Assembly: GCA_934757255.1 (NCBI GenBank) | Contig: CAKVLL010000004.1 | Coordinates: 5,019-69,018, forward strand | Reading direction: 5' to 3' | From: an uncultured Candidatus Melainabacteria bacterium | Lineage (GTDB): Bacteria; Cyanobacteriota; Vampirovibrionia; Gastranaerophilales; Gastranaerophilaceae | DNA: 64,000 bases | Shown here: positions 38,106-48,247 of the stretch, one piece after another | Numbering within the stretch: the stretch's first letter is position 1 | Layout: every line of letters begins with the position of its first letter | The notes under the pieces: model-generated | Database searches by the model: none | What the model was told of the DNA's origin: nothing | Seen by the model: the letters and a program-made list of their open reading frames with translations, nothing else | Made by a program: the position numbers and the translations under genes

Positions 38106-39197
38106 ATGAAAGTTGTTAATTTACTTGAATTTATTAATAATACACACAGTTTGAACACTTTAAATTATGCAAAGTGTTCAAATAATCTTGTCAACTTTTT
38201 AGACTTAATGACTGAAGATGAACAATTTACACAAAGAATTGATTTAGGAATCATCTATGTTGAACAGAAAAGTATTGACCAATACACAATAGTTGATGGA
38301 TTAAATAGAATACTTTCGCTATCCTTGTTGTTACATGCGGTTTGCGAATGCTACAAAAAAACAACAGCCCAAAATGAAAAAGCTATTAGGACAATAAGAA
38401 AAAAATATTTGATAAGTGGAGGAAAATCAAAATTACGTTTGAATGACAAAGAAAACGAGATTTTCAACAAAATTATCAATGGAGAACGTTTGTCCGGTCA
38501 TGAGAAAGCAACTCCAATGTTCAAGTTGTTGCATAATTTTTGGACACAAATAAAAGAAGAAAAGCTTCAAGCCGCAAAAATTTTTACAATGCTAAAAAAA
38601 ATCGAAGTAGTTTTAGTTGAAACCGACAATGTTTCGAAGAGAAATCTTTATTACAAACTAAACTCCGGAAGAAAATTAAATCAACTTGCTTTTATAGAAG
38701 ATTTTCTTAAAGAAAATGGAGTTGAAAATATTTGGACAGAAATTCGTAACAAGTATTTTCCTCAAGATGATGATTTAGTATCATTTTTGAAAGATTTTTT
38801 TGTGACAAAATTCAATTACAAAAAATTCAAACAAGAACGCTTGTATGAATCATTTGTGAATTACTTTGAGACTATGATGCAATATATGCCGGAAGATGTT
38901 TTGATGCAAAAGATGAAACATTCTGCAGCACTGTATTACAACATAATTAATGTAAATGTTCAAAATGATGATATTAAACAAGCACTTATAAGAATTAAAA
39001 TGCATTCAGGTGAAGATACATACGCATATATTCTAAATATTTACGAAGATTTTTATGATAATAATATCTCTGAAACAACTTTTATTGAAATATTAAACAC
39101 AATCGACGAATACCTAAAAAATAGACTAGAATCAGGCAAAAATATTGAATTCAATGAATTGATACAATATCTGAATGCGTTTATTACTTGTAAATAA
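38106..39197 (+). CDS. DUF262 / ParB-nuclease-like protein with degenerate DGQQR motif
   Basis: LGIIYVEQKSIDQYTIVDGLNRILSLSLLLHAV resembles the DUF262 core (..iiDGQQRlttl.lll.a) but reads DGLNR. It lies 16 nt downstream of the previous gene. The rest of the protein is unassigned. Confidence 0.5.
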   Translation: MKVVNLLEFINNTHSLNTLNYAKCSNNLVNFLDLMTEDEQFTQRIDLGIIYVEQKSIDQYTIVDGLNRILSLSLLLHAVCECYKKTTAQNEKAIRTIRKKYLISGGKSKLRLNDKENEIFNKIINGERLSGHEKATPMFKLLHNFWTQIKEEKLQAAKIFTMLKKIEVVLVETDNVSKRNLYYKLNSGRKLNQLAFIEDFLKENGVENIWTEIRNKYFPQDDDLVSFLKDFFVTKFNYKKFKQERLYESFVNYFETMMQYMPEDVLMQKMKHSAALYYNIINVNVQNDDIKQALIRIKMHSGEDTYAYILNIYEDFYDNNISETTFIEILNTIDEYLKNRLESGKNIEFNELIQYLNAFITCK

Positions 39198-39428
39198 GTT
39201 TTTTATTAATTACTATAAATTCAATATTGAACGTATTTTATTGAAATTATATCATCAACTTGTTATACATTTTATTTTTCTTTGTTCAACAGAATTATCA
39301 ACTTCAACTTTTAATTTTAACATTTTTTAATATTATTAATTTTTGTAAAATGATAATGAAAAATAGGCAAATTTAAAGCTTTTGACGTTTTATAGATAAC
39401 GTAGTGTAGTAAATAAGAAAGGCTTATT

Positions 39429-40787
39429 ATGAACGTAAATGGTATAAATTACAATAATTATGATGGTAATAATTATCGTGCAAAGAATATACACAATAAG
39501 GTTGCAGACAATAACGTATTAAAGATTTCCTATCCACAAAATAATTCATCTGTTAATTTTAAAGGATTTAATATTTTTAAGAAGATTTTTAGACCAAAAC
39601 CAAGTATTAACACTGAAAAAGTTATAAATGATATAACTGAAAAATTGCAGACCAAAGTTCAAATTCCCCAAATGGACTTACAAAATCCATCTACACTAAT
39701 TGCTATGTTTGGTGGCTCATTGGGTGTAATGGTTGCCATGCAAGATACGGATAAAGCACAGACTACGGTAAAAAAGGCAATAGAAGCAAGAAATGAAATA
39801 ATAAAAAATTATAATGATAAAAACAAACCAAGCATTGAAGAATTAATTATTTCATTACCAAAAAGTGAAAAAATTAAACTTCCTAATAGTGAAATAGTTC
39901 TGGCAAGTGATTATATTAAAAACAATTCAGGAGAATTTATAAAGAAACAAGATAGAGATTACACAATTTTATGTTTAGATGAAAATGCAGATTTTGATTT
40001 AGTCAAGCATTTTATTCCTGATGTTACTGTCGATGAAATGAACGGCGAATTTCAAACGCGTGGATATTATCCTGTAACAATAAAAAATAATAAATTCTTG
40101 AAATTGTCAAAAGATGATAATGAAAAAACTATTGTTATCTCAGTATTAAAAAAATGCCCTGACGGGGATTATTACACAAAATCATCAGACGGCAAATTAC
40201 AAAAGATCAATTGTCAAAAACTTCGTCCGGGTGATGAAATTAAAGTAGCGGATGAAATTCCAGTAAGATTTGCAGTTTTGCCAAAAGGTACAGTTATTAT
40301 AAATGAAAACAATGAAAGAACATTAAAAAATTCTAAAATATTAATCTATAATTATAACAATGATTACCAAATTAGGGACATTGATGAATTTGTAGAAAAT
40401 TCTTCCTTAGATTTTACAAATGATAAATCTAAAAATCTTTTTGAACAAATAAAAGATAATCGAGCAAAAGAAATTGAGAATATTGTGGCAGAAGAAGAAA
40501 ATAAACCTATAAGATTTACTTTCAGAGAATATTATAACGACCCATCAGCGGTTGGAGAATACAGGGAAATGCCTCAAGAAAGAAAAGAAAAAATAATGAA
40601 AGCATATAATACAGCGCTAGAGGAAAATCCTGCATTAAAAAAATATAAAGATGTTGATATTGTATTCTCAAATTGGTATAAATTGAATATTAAACTGAGT
40701 GGTACCGGAAAAGAAATAGAAGTGGACGATTTAGACAATTACATTAAAGATGGAGAAGTACACTTAAATTTGCAAGATATCAAATAA
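39429..40787 (+). CDS. hypothetical protein (452 aa), Asn-rich N-terminal leader ending in VNFKG
   Basis: Long intact ORF with no domain I recognise and no signal peptide. Confidence 0.6.
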   Translation: MNVNGINYNNYDGNNYRAKNIHNKVADNNVLKISYPQNNSSVNFKGFNIFKKIFRPKPSINTEKVINDITEKLQTKVQIPQMDLQNPSTLIAMFGGSLGVMVAMQDTDKAQTTVKKAIEARNEIIKNYNDKNKPSIEELIISLPKSEKIKLPNSEIVLASDYIKNNSGEFIKKQDRDYTILCLDENADFDLVKHFIPDVTVDEMNGEFQTRGYYPVTIKNNKFLKLSKDDNEKTIVISVLKKCPDGDYYTKSSDGKLQKINCQKLRPGDEIKVADEIPVRFAVLPKGTVIINENNERTLKNSKILIYNYNNDYQIRDIDEFVENSSLDFTNDKSKNLFEQIKDNRAKEIENIVAEEENKPIRFTFREYYNDPSAVGEYREMPQERKEKIMKAYNTALEENPALKKYKDVDIVFSNWYKLNIKLSGTGKEIEVDDLDNYIKDGEVHLNLQDIK

Positions 40788-40867
40788 GATTTATCAAATT
40801 TTAAAAACAAGTAGTATTGTTATGGTACAATTTTTGCACTATTAATTTAGACTGTGGTTTGCTTTGT

Positions 40868-40950
40868 CACTCTCGTTCCTTGCAATGACTTGGCGTAAGA
40901 CTACCGGTTGGGCGTCATTGTGAGGTGCGATTAGCACCGAAACAATCCAG
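40868..40950. repeat. GC-rich palindromic intergenic repeat (family 2, gtcattg[ct]gag..caatcc type)
   Basis: ccttgcaatgac (40878-89) and gtcattgtgaggtgcgattagcaccgaaacaatcc (40914-48) form inverted arms. A related gtcattgcgagc...ggcaatct lies at 48130-48163. The element sits between convergent genes. Confidence 0.7.
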
Positions 40951-41028
40951 CCTTTTAATAACTATTTTTATTGTATTAAATAATTATTATGGATAATAAT
41001 GCTATCCATGGAGGTTGTTTGCATTATC

Positions 41029-42477
41029 TTATTTTTTCTTACCCTTACTCTTCACTTTAGTATTCTTATTTAATTCAACTTCGCCATTCGCAATATTTTT
41101 ACCAATAACTTTTTCTAAAGTTGCGCGAGCGGTATTATATTCATACATAGTTTGATAATACGTCAATTGTGCGTTTTGGTACTGAACTTGTGCTTCTTTA
41201 AGTTCAACAGGATTACCAACACCAACTTTATATCTGCCATAAGATAGTTCATAATTTTCTTTTGCCTGTTTCATTCCCAAAAACGCCACAGGAATTTTGT
41301 TTTTCTTTTCTTTCAAAGAAAAATACGATTCTTGAACTTCATAGTAAATATTGTTCTTAGTATTAATCGCATTAGCTTGTTCTTTTGAATGTAAAGCTTT
41401 TGCTTCTTTAATTTCATTTTTAATCAACATTCCATTAATAGTCGGAAAATTCAAATATCCGCCGAAATTATAACCATAGTTAGAAGCTGGTGTTCTACCA
41501 CCGACTTGGAATTGTCCTTCAACACTCAATTGTGGAAAATATGATTTTTTAACCAATTTAACGTTTTGTCGAGCTTCTTCTACCTTAACTTCCGCCAATT
41601 GAAATTCAGGACGCGATTCTTGTGCAATCTTGATTGCAGATTCCAAAGTTACATCACAAGGTTCGTATCTTAAACACTCATTAATTTTATATTTGTTAAA
41701 ATACGGTAACCCCATCGCATTATTTAATTTTGCCATAGCAATATCAACAGCATTTTCAGCCTGAATTAATGTCAATTTAGCGTTTGATAAATTAACTTCC
41801 GCTATCGTTACATCAACCTTTGGTTTTGTACCGACAGTATAAAACGCTTTTGCTTGGTCGTAAAACGCAGAATATTTAGCAACCATATCCTCCGCAACCT
41901 TCTTGGCTTCAATCGCGTATTGAAGGCTGTAATAAGACTTTTTAACTTCACAAATCACATCATTTACAGTACCTGTCAAAGTGATTTTGTAGCCTTGATT
42001 ATCTAACTTTCTGATAGTAACTTGGTTTTGAGTTACACCAAAGTCATAAAGCATTTGAGAAGCACTGATTTGCCCCAATACAAAGTAGTTGAACACCAAG
42101 TTTTGTCTGAATACATCTGACAATTGAAGTTGTCTGATTCTGGTGTATCCTGTTTGCCAACCGAATTGTGGAAAATAAGACGCCCATGCCTGCCTTATTC
42201 TATAATCAGACGCGAACACATCCTGCATAGCCGCTTGTATTCGAGGATTATTACCTAAAGCAAACTTCAAACATTCTTCAAGCGAAATATCAATCGTATT
42301 CTCAACTCCGCCTTTTATAACAGCGACTTCATCAGCTTTTGGCTCAACATCTTTACTGTCAGGATATTCCTCTTGTTTAATTTTATTACCCAAATCATCT
42401 TTGTGCCAAAAAGCAGCATAAGAAGGTACCTGAGCTAAAAATTGAACAATTAAAAATGTAGCAATTAATTTTTTCAT
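41029..42477 (-). CDS. TolC-family outer membrane efflux protein
   Basis: It has a signal peptide (MKKLIATFLIVQFLAQVPSYA), duplicated OEP repeats and is the last gene of the MFP-RND-OMF operon. Its start overlaps the RND stop by 4 nt. Confidence 0.85.
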   Translation of the reverse strand: MKKLIATFLIVQFLAQVPSYAAFWHKDDLGNKIKQEEYPDSKDVEPKADEVAVIKGGVENTIDISLEECLKFALGNNPRIQAAMQDVFASDYRIRQAWASYFPQFGWQTGYTRIRQLQLSDVFRQNLVFNYFVLGQISASQMLYDFGVTQNQVTIRKLDNQGYKITLTGTVNDVICEVKKSYYSLQYAIEAKKVAEDMVAKYSAFYDQAKAFYTVGTKPKVDVTIAEVNLSNAKLTLIQAENAVDIAMAKLNNAMGLPYFNKYKINECLRYEPCDVTLESAIKIAQESRPEFQLAEVKVEEARQNVKLVKKSYFPQLSVEGQFQVGGRTPASNYGYNFGGYLNFPTINGMLIKNEIKEAKALHSKEQANAINTKNNIYYEVQESYFSLKEKKNKIPVAFLGMKQAKENYELSYGRYKVGVGNPVELKEAQVQYQNAQLTYYQTMYEYNTARATLEKVIGKNIANGEVELNKNTKVKSKGKKK

Positions 42478-45400
42478 TTTGCTCTACCTTCCTTCTTTGC
42501 TTGCAAATAAGCGGCTGATTTTTCTTTCATTACATTAATCATAACAAAAAATGCCGGAACTAATATACTACCCAAGAAGGCAACAGCCATCATGCCACCA
42601 AATACGGAAACCCCGATAGAGTGACGGCTGCCTGCACCTGCGCCTTTTGCAAACACAAGAGGCAATAAACCTAAGATGAACGCAATATTTGTCATCATAA
42701 CCGCTCTGAAACGAAGTTTTGCAGCTTGCATCGCAGCTTCAATATAATTTAATCCATCCTTCTCCATCGCATCTTTTGCAAACTCTACAATCAAGATTGC
42801 CTGCTTTGTACTCAAACCGATTAACATAACCAAACCAACCTGAGCGTAAATATCAAGCGATAGACCTGATATATATTGGAAGAACAATGCGCCTAAAAGA
42901 GCAACCGGCGAAATTAAAAGTACGGCAATCGGTAATGTCCAGCTTTCGTATAACGCTACAAGGAACAAATAAACGAAAGTTAAAGCCATTGCCAAAATTG
43001 GTCCGATTTGACCTGCGGATTTTTGTTCTTGTAAAGAAGTACCTGACCAAGCATAGTCCATATCTTTAGGTAAAACTTTATCAGAAATTTCTGACATAGC
43101 TTTCATAGCGTCACCTGAACTTACACCGCTTGCAGGGTTCCCGTTAATAGTTATTGCAGGATACATGTTAAAACGAGAGAGCATATAAGGTCCAACGATG
43201 TTTTCTGTTGTTATTACAGAAGATATCGGAAGCATTTTACCCGAATTGTTTTTAACATAAATCTTGCTTATATCACCCAATGTAGCACGATATGGCGCAT
43301 CAGCCTGCATGTATACACGATAAACTCTACCAAACTTGTTAAAGTCGTTTACATAAGTTGCACCGAATTGAGCCGCTAAAGTGCTATATATTTCAGTTAT
43401 TGAAACTCCTTGAGCTAAAGCTTTTTCTTCATTAATTTTTACTACAACTTGCGGTAGCGAAGAAGTAAATGACGTATATAAGCTGGAGAAAGCAGAATCC
43501 TGTCTTGCAACTTGTAATAAATTTTGAACCTCTGCAAACAATTCGTCTGCGGTTCTATCACCCTTATCTAAAAGTTGATATTCAAAACCGCCATACATAC
43601 CCATGCCGGAAATTGCAGGTGGTTGTGATACAAACGAAGTTGCTTCCGGATATTTACCGATAATTTTATTTGCTTGTGAAGTTATACTGCTTACGGATAA
43701 CTTTGAAGATTTTCTCTTAGACCATGGTTCTAATTTCAAAATCATAAATGCCGAATTTTCGCCCTTCATACCGTTAATTTGCATTATTGAAGCAATCCCA
43801 GGTATATTTGCAAACTCTTTGCTCATTTTATCAACAACGTTAGCCGTTCTTGTCAACGTTGCACCATCTTGTAATTGAACCATTACGAACAAAGCGCCTC
43901 TGTCTTCATCCGGCAAAAATCCTGTCGGAGTCAACTTAAACATGATAAAGATTGCAAAAATAACACTAATAAGAACTCTTAAAGTCTTTTTTGGTGAAGC
44001 AACAAAATAATGTACGGTTTCTAAATATTTGGTTCTAACTCCGTTAAACCAATCCTCAAATTTTTGAATAAATTCAAAGTCTGTTTTTTCTTCACCTGAT
44101 TTTAGAATCAGTGAACAAAGAGCAGGAGAAAGAGTTAAAGCAACGACGGTCGATAAACCGATTGAAGTTGCAATACAAACCGCAAACTGTCTGTACATTT
44201 GTCCTGTAATACCACTCATAAAGGATACGGGAACGAATACCGCCATTAATACAAGAGAAGTTGCTACAACAGCACCAAAAACTTCTTGCATGGTAATTTC
44301 TGTTGCGTCTTTCGGCGATTTACCTTCTTGAATATGTCTTTGGGTGTTTTCTAATACTACAATAGCATCATCAACAACCAAACCTACCGCAAGTACCAAG
44401 CCAAACAAGATTAACAAATTGATTGAGAATCCCATTAATGCCATAAATATAAACACACCAATCAATGAAACAGGAATTGCACAGAATGGAATAAATGCAG
44501 CACGCGCAGTTCCCAAGAACAAATACGTTACTGCACTTACCAGAGCAATCGCAAGTATAATTGCGCTAACTACCTCATGAATAGATTCTCTTACGAATTC
44601 TGTTGTATCATATTGAGTTGCATACTCCATGTCACTTGGGAATTTTTTACTCAAAGTTTTCATTTTTTTCTGAATTTGATTTACCAAGTCAATTGTATTA
44701 GCTTCCGGTAACTGCGAAATAGCAATAACCGCAATATCACTACCATCCGCGGATACAGCTGATGCATAGTTTTCAGCACCCAATTCTACACGCGCAACAT
44801 CTTTAAGTTTTACGTTTGAACCATCTCGATTTGATTTAACAACAATGTTTTCAAACTCTTCAACATCCTTCAATCTTCCTTTTGTCCTTAATGTAAATTT
44901 CATCATTTGAGGACTTTCCATAGGTTCAACACCAATATTTCCCGCAGGAGACTGTGTGTTTTGAGAGGTTATCGCACTATTAATTTCGCTTGCAGAAACA
45001 CCTAAACTAGCCATTTTGTCAGGTTTCAGCCAAACTCGCATTGAATAATCGCCTGCTCCGAAAACTTGAACCTGACCGCAGCCTTTAGTACGAGCAAGTT
45101 CGTCTTTTAAATATAAAGTCGCGTAATTGGCTAAAAATAATGAATTATACGTACCGTTTGGAGAAGAAAGTGCTAAGTATAAACATCCTGCACCACCCGT
45201 AGATTTTTTAACAGTCAAACCATACCGCTTAACTTCTTCCGGCAATCTCGGCTGAACCAATTGTAATTGGTTCTGAACGTTAACCAGAGCCATGTCAGGG
45301 TCTGCACCGACATCAAAATACAAAGTCAATTGGTAAGAACCGTTCTTTGATTCTGAAGACATATAAAGCATGTCTTGAATACCGTTCAGTTGTAATTCTA

Positions 45401-45596
45401 CCGGTGCTGCAATCGTTGATGCGATTACATCAGAACTGGCACCGCTGTATGTAGCGTTTACAATAACCTGCGGTGGCGTAATTGAAGGATACTCCTCCAA
45501 AGGTAGAGTTGTTAGAGATATCAAACCCGCTAAAATAATCGCTAATGAGATTACAATAGACAGTTTTGGTCGTTTTATAAATAAATTACCTGCCAT
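42474..45596 (-). CDS. RND efflux transporter permease (AcrB/HAE1 family)
   Basis: A 1040-aa protein with 12-TM architecture. Contains FIKRPKLSIVISL, VDDAIVVLENTQRH and duplicated large periplasmic loops. Confidence 0.95.
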   Translation of the reverse strand: MAGNLFIKRPKLSIVISLAIILAGLISLTTLPLEEYPSITPPQVIVNATYSGASSDVIASTIAAPVELQLNGIQDMLYMSSESKNGSYQLTLYFDVGADPDMALVNVQNQLQLVQPRLPEEVKRYGLTVKKSTGGAGCLYLALSSPNGTYNSLFLANYATLYLKDELARTKGCGQVQVFGAGDYSMRVWLKPDKMASLGVSASEINSAITSQNTQSPAGNIGVEPMESPQMMKFTLRTKGRLKDVEEFENIVVKSNRDGSNVKLKDVARVELGAENYASAVSADGSDIAVIAISQLPEANTIDLVNQIQKKMKTLSKKFPSDMEYATQYDTTEFVRESIHEVVSAIILAIALVSAVTYLFLGTARAAFIPFCAIPVSLIGVFIFMALMGFSINLLILFGLVLAVGLVVDDAIVVLENTQRHIQEGKSPKDATEITMQEVFGAVVATSLVLMAVFVPVSFMSGITGQMYRQFAVCIATSIGLSTVVALTLSPALCSLILKSGEEKTDFEFIQKFEDWFNGVRTKYLETVHYFVASPKKTLRVLISVIFAIFIMFKLTPTGFLPDEDRGALFVMVQLQDGATLTRTANVVDKMSKEFANIPGIASIMQINGMKGENSAFMILKLEPWSKRKSSKLSVSSITSQANKIIGKYPEATSFVSQPPAISGMGMYGGFEYQLLDKGDRTADELFAEVQNLLQVARQDSAFSSLYTSFTSSLPQVVVKINEEKALAQGVSITEIYSTLAAQFGATYVNDFNKFGRVYRVYMQADAPYRATLGDISKIYVKNNSGKMLPISSVITTENIVGPYMLSRFNMYPAITINGNPASGVSSGDAMKAMSEISDKVLPKDMDYAWSGTSLQEQKSAGQIGPILAMALTFVYLFLVALYESWTLPIAVLLISPVALLGALFFQYISGLSLDIYAQVGLVMLIGLSTKQAILIVEFAKDAMEKDGLNYIEAAMQAAKLRFRAVMMTNIAFILGLLPLVFAKGAGAGSRHSIGVSVFGGMMAVAFLGSILVPAFFVMINVMKEKSAAYLQAKKEGRAK

Positions 45597-46798
45597 TATT
45601 TTCCTTTAATCATTCTTTTTACTTTATTTGTTGCACGCTGAAATAAGCTTACTTTCTTTTGAGTCGCTTGTTCTTCAATCCTTTCCACAATTCTTACAGG
45701 ACGTCCTTGTATAACTTTTTGAATACCTCCCGTAATAATTCTGTCACCTACATTAACACCTGAAGAAACTAGCCATTTGCCGTTATCTTCACCCATTGTT
45801 TTAATATAAGTCATTTTTGGTAAATTATCCTTATCAAGAACATACAAATAGCGTCCTTCTTGGTTTTCCATAGTTGCCTCTTGAGGAACGACAGCTACCT
45901 TATCTTTGTTTTTAGTATAAAGAATTACGCGCCCAAAATCCCCTTGCAATAAAGAATCGTCAGGATTTGGGAATGTTGCTCTCATAGTAATTGTACCGGT
46001 TGAATCATCAATTTTGTTATCATGAAAATCTTGAACACCTTTAAATTTATACTTTTCACCGGAACTGAAAATAAATTCAACATCTCGATTTACATTTGCT
46101 GTTTTATCAATTCTAACAAGCTCAGCATAATCTTTTGATTCCAAAGGGAAAGTTATATACATCGGGTCTGAACTGTTAATGGTTGTTAAAGCCCCGCTAT
46201 TCATTGAAACATAGTTACCAACAGTTACGGAAATAATACCGACACGTCCGTTCACAGGAGATTTAACTTTTGTGTAACCTAAGTTTCTTTGAGTGTCTCG
46301 ATACGCACTTTGAGCATTCGCAACCTGCGCTCTATAAGCATCTCTCTGAGATAAAATACTATCATAATCAGAACGAGCAATATAATCATTTTGCACAAGT
46401 TCTTTATAACGTTTTAATTGCTTGTCATAATAAGCATATTGAGATTGCGCGTTATCTAAATTCGCCTTAGCTTGATTTGCAGCGTATTGATATTGTTGAG
46501 GTTCAATCTCAAATAACAATTGACCTGCTTTTACATGGTCGCCTTCTTTAAAGTAACTTTTAGTTAAATATCCGCTAATACGTGCTAATACATCAACTCT
46601 ATATTTTGCAACAACTCTCGCTGTAGCCGTAAATTGACGCTGTACTTCTTCTGAGCCGACTGTAGTAACAGTAACTGCCGGAGTACCCATCATAGCACGC
46701 TGTTTTGCAGTTTTCATTTTATCCATATTAGATAAAAACATTCTGCCTAAAATTAGCGCAAGTACTATTAGTACAATGATTATAATATTTTTTCTCAT
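45596..46798 (-). CDS. RND efflux periplasmic adaptor (membrane fusion protein)
   Basis: It has an N-terminal anchor, a lipoyl-like block (GDHVKAGQLLFEIEP), a coiled-coil hairpin and a beta-barrel. It is translationally coupled to the RND gene. Confidence 0.9.
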   Translation of the reverse strand: MRKNIIIIVLIVLALILGRMFLSNMDKMKTAKQRAMMGTPAVTVTTVGSEEVQRQFTATARVVAKYRVDVLARISGYLTKSYFKEGDHVKAGQLLFEIEPQQYQYAANQAKANLDNAQSQYAYYDKQLKRYKELVQNDYIARSDYDSILSQRDAYRAQVANAQSAYRDTQRNLGYTKVKSPVNGRVGIISVTVGNYVSMNSGALTTINSSDPMYITFPLESKDYAELVRIDKTANVNRDVEFIFSSGEKYKFKGVQDFHDNKIDDSTGTITMRATFPNPDDSLLQGDFGRVILYTKNKDKVAVVPQEATMENQEGRYLYVLDKDNLPKMTYIKTMGEDNGKWLVSSGVNVGDRIITGGIQKVIQGRPVRIVERIEEQATQKKVSLFQRATNKVKRMIKGK

Positions 46799-47019
46799 TC
46801 TCTCTCCATAATCTGGTTATACATATCCTTGTATTATTTTACACCAAAAAAAACAATAAAATAATATGTTTAATTTTAAACACAATTTTAACAAGAAAAT
46901 TCTTATTTTCAAGAAGAAATAACAAAACTGCTTATTACTAAAAATATTAACACTGATTTTTGTCCTATTTACTTATCCTTAGAAACTTTTACAAAACATT
47001 ATTAAACAATAAAATCACT

Positions 47020-48048
47020 CTAACGGATTAATTTCTGTGATTTCGGATCCAAAATGTCACGTATAGTATCACCTAATAAATTAAAGCAAAGTACAGCGAT
47101 AAAAATCAAAGCGCCAGGAGTTAAAAGCCAAGGACGATAAAAAATGTTTGTAAACTCTTGCGCTTCTTTTAGCATGTTGCCCCAACTTGCGTCGGGTTGT
47201 TGAATACCAAGCCCTAAAAAGCTTAAACCTGATTCCGCTAAAATATAAGAAGGAACGCTCAATGTCATTGCTATAATTACATAACTTGTTGTTTGAGGTA
47301 ATATATGTTTCAAAATAATTCGCCAATCAGAAGCCCCAAGCATTTTTTCCGCCTGCACAAAATCCTCATTTTTGATAGATAAAACCATTCCCCTAACAAC
47401 TCTTGCGAACCCTGACCAACCAATCAATGCAAGGATTACAACAATAAGGGCAAATCTTTGAACACTTGTCATACCGCTTGGAAGAATTGCAGCAAGAATT
47501 ATTAAAAGATAAAAACTCGGTATTGCCATAATAGCTTCTGCAAATCTCATCATCAAAGTATCAATAATTCCACCGTAATAGCCTGAAATTCCTCCATAAA
47601 TTAAACCTATAGGAAAAACAATGAGAAGGGATAAAAACCCAACCGTCATAGAAATTCTACCGCCAAAAAGCAAGCGAGAAAATACATCACGACCGTTAAT
47701 ATCAGTTCCTAAAAGATATATTTGTCCGCCATCTTGCACTCCGAACAAATGTCCGTGAGTAAACAATTTCAAATAGTATTTATGACTTCTGTCTTGCTTA
47801 AAAACTGTTTGCATTAAAGAAGGTTCATATTCTCGAATATAATTATAGGTATAAGGACGAGAAAGTTTTCCACATTCATTAATTGTATAAATTTTAGATG
47901 GCGGCGCATAAGCCATCTCTCTATTAGAATACGTGTTAGAATATGGTGCGATAAAATCCGCAAAAAGAATTAACAAATACATAATCGCAAGAATTATAAA
48001 AGCTGTTTTTGCGAATTTGTCTTGAAAGATTTTTTTTATTATTTCCAT
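47020..48048 (-). CDS. ABC transporter permease, OppC/DppC-like
   Basis: BPD-transporter fold with the EAA-like block AEKMLGASDWRIILKHILP and the N-terminal OppC-type extension. Confidence 0.9.
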   Translation of the reverse strand: MEIIKKIFQDKFAKTAFIILAIMYLLILFADFIAPYSNTYSNREMAYAPPSKIYTINECGKLSRPYTYNYIREYEPSLMQTVFKQDRSHKYYLKLFTHGHLFGVQDGGQIYLLGTDINGRDVFSRLLFGGRISMTVGFLSLLIVFPIGLIYGGISGYYGGIIDTLMMRFAEAIMAIPSFYLLIILAAILPSGMTSVQRFALIVVILALIGWSGFARVVRGMVLSIKNEDFVQAEKMLGASDWRIILKHILPQTTSYVIIAMTLSVPSYILAESGLSFLGLGIQQPDASWGNMLKEAQEFTNIFYRPWLLTPGALIFIAVLCFNLLGDTIRDILDPKSQKLIR

Positions 48049-48060
48049 AAGTTTATAATA

Positions 48061-48247
48061 CCCCTCACCTCTAACCCCTCTCCCTCGGAGAGGGTGAAAA
48101 GTCGTTCAATTGATTTTATTTAGTCTTTTGTCATTGCGAGCCTCATAAAAGATGTGGCAATCTATTTGGTAAAAACTAACCCTCACCCGAATTTCTAAGT
48201 TTCGCACAGCTCAACTTGAAATTCTATCCTCTTCCTAGGAGAGGGGG
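48061..48247. repeat. composite cluster of three GC-rich repeats filling the oppB-oppC-like intergenic gap
   Basis: - Family 1 hairpin at 48061-48096 (cccctcacc..ccctctcc-ctc-ggagaggg).
- Family 2 at 48130-48163 (gtcattgcgagc..ggcaatct).
- Long family 1 variant at 48179-48247, with a 43-nt core at 48184-48226 identical to 49247-49289. Confidence 0.85.
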
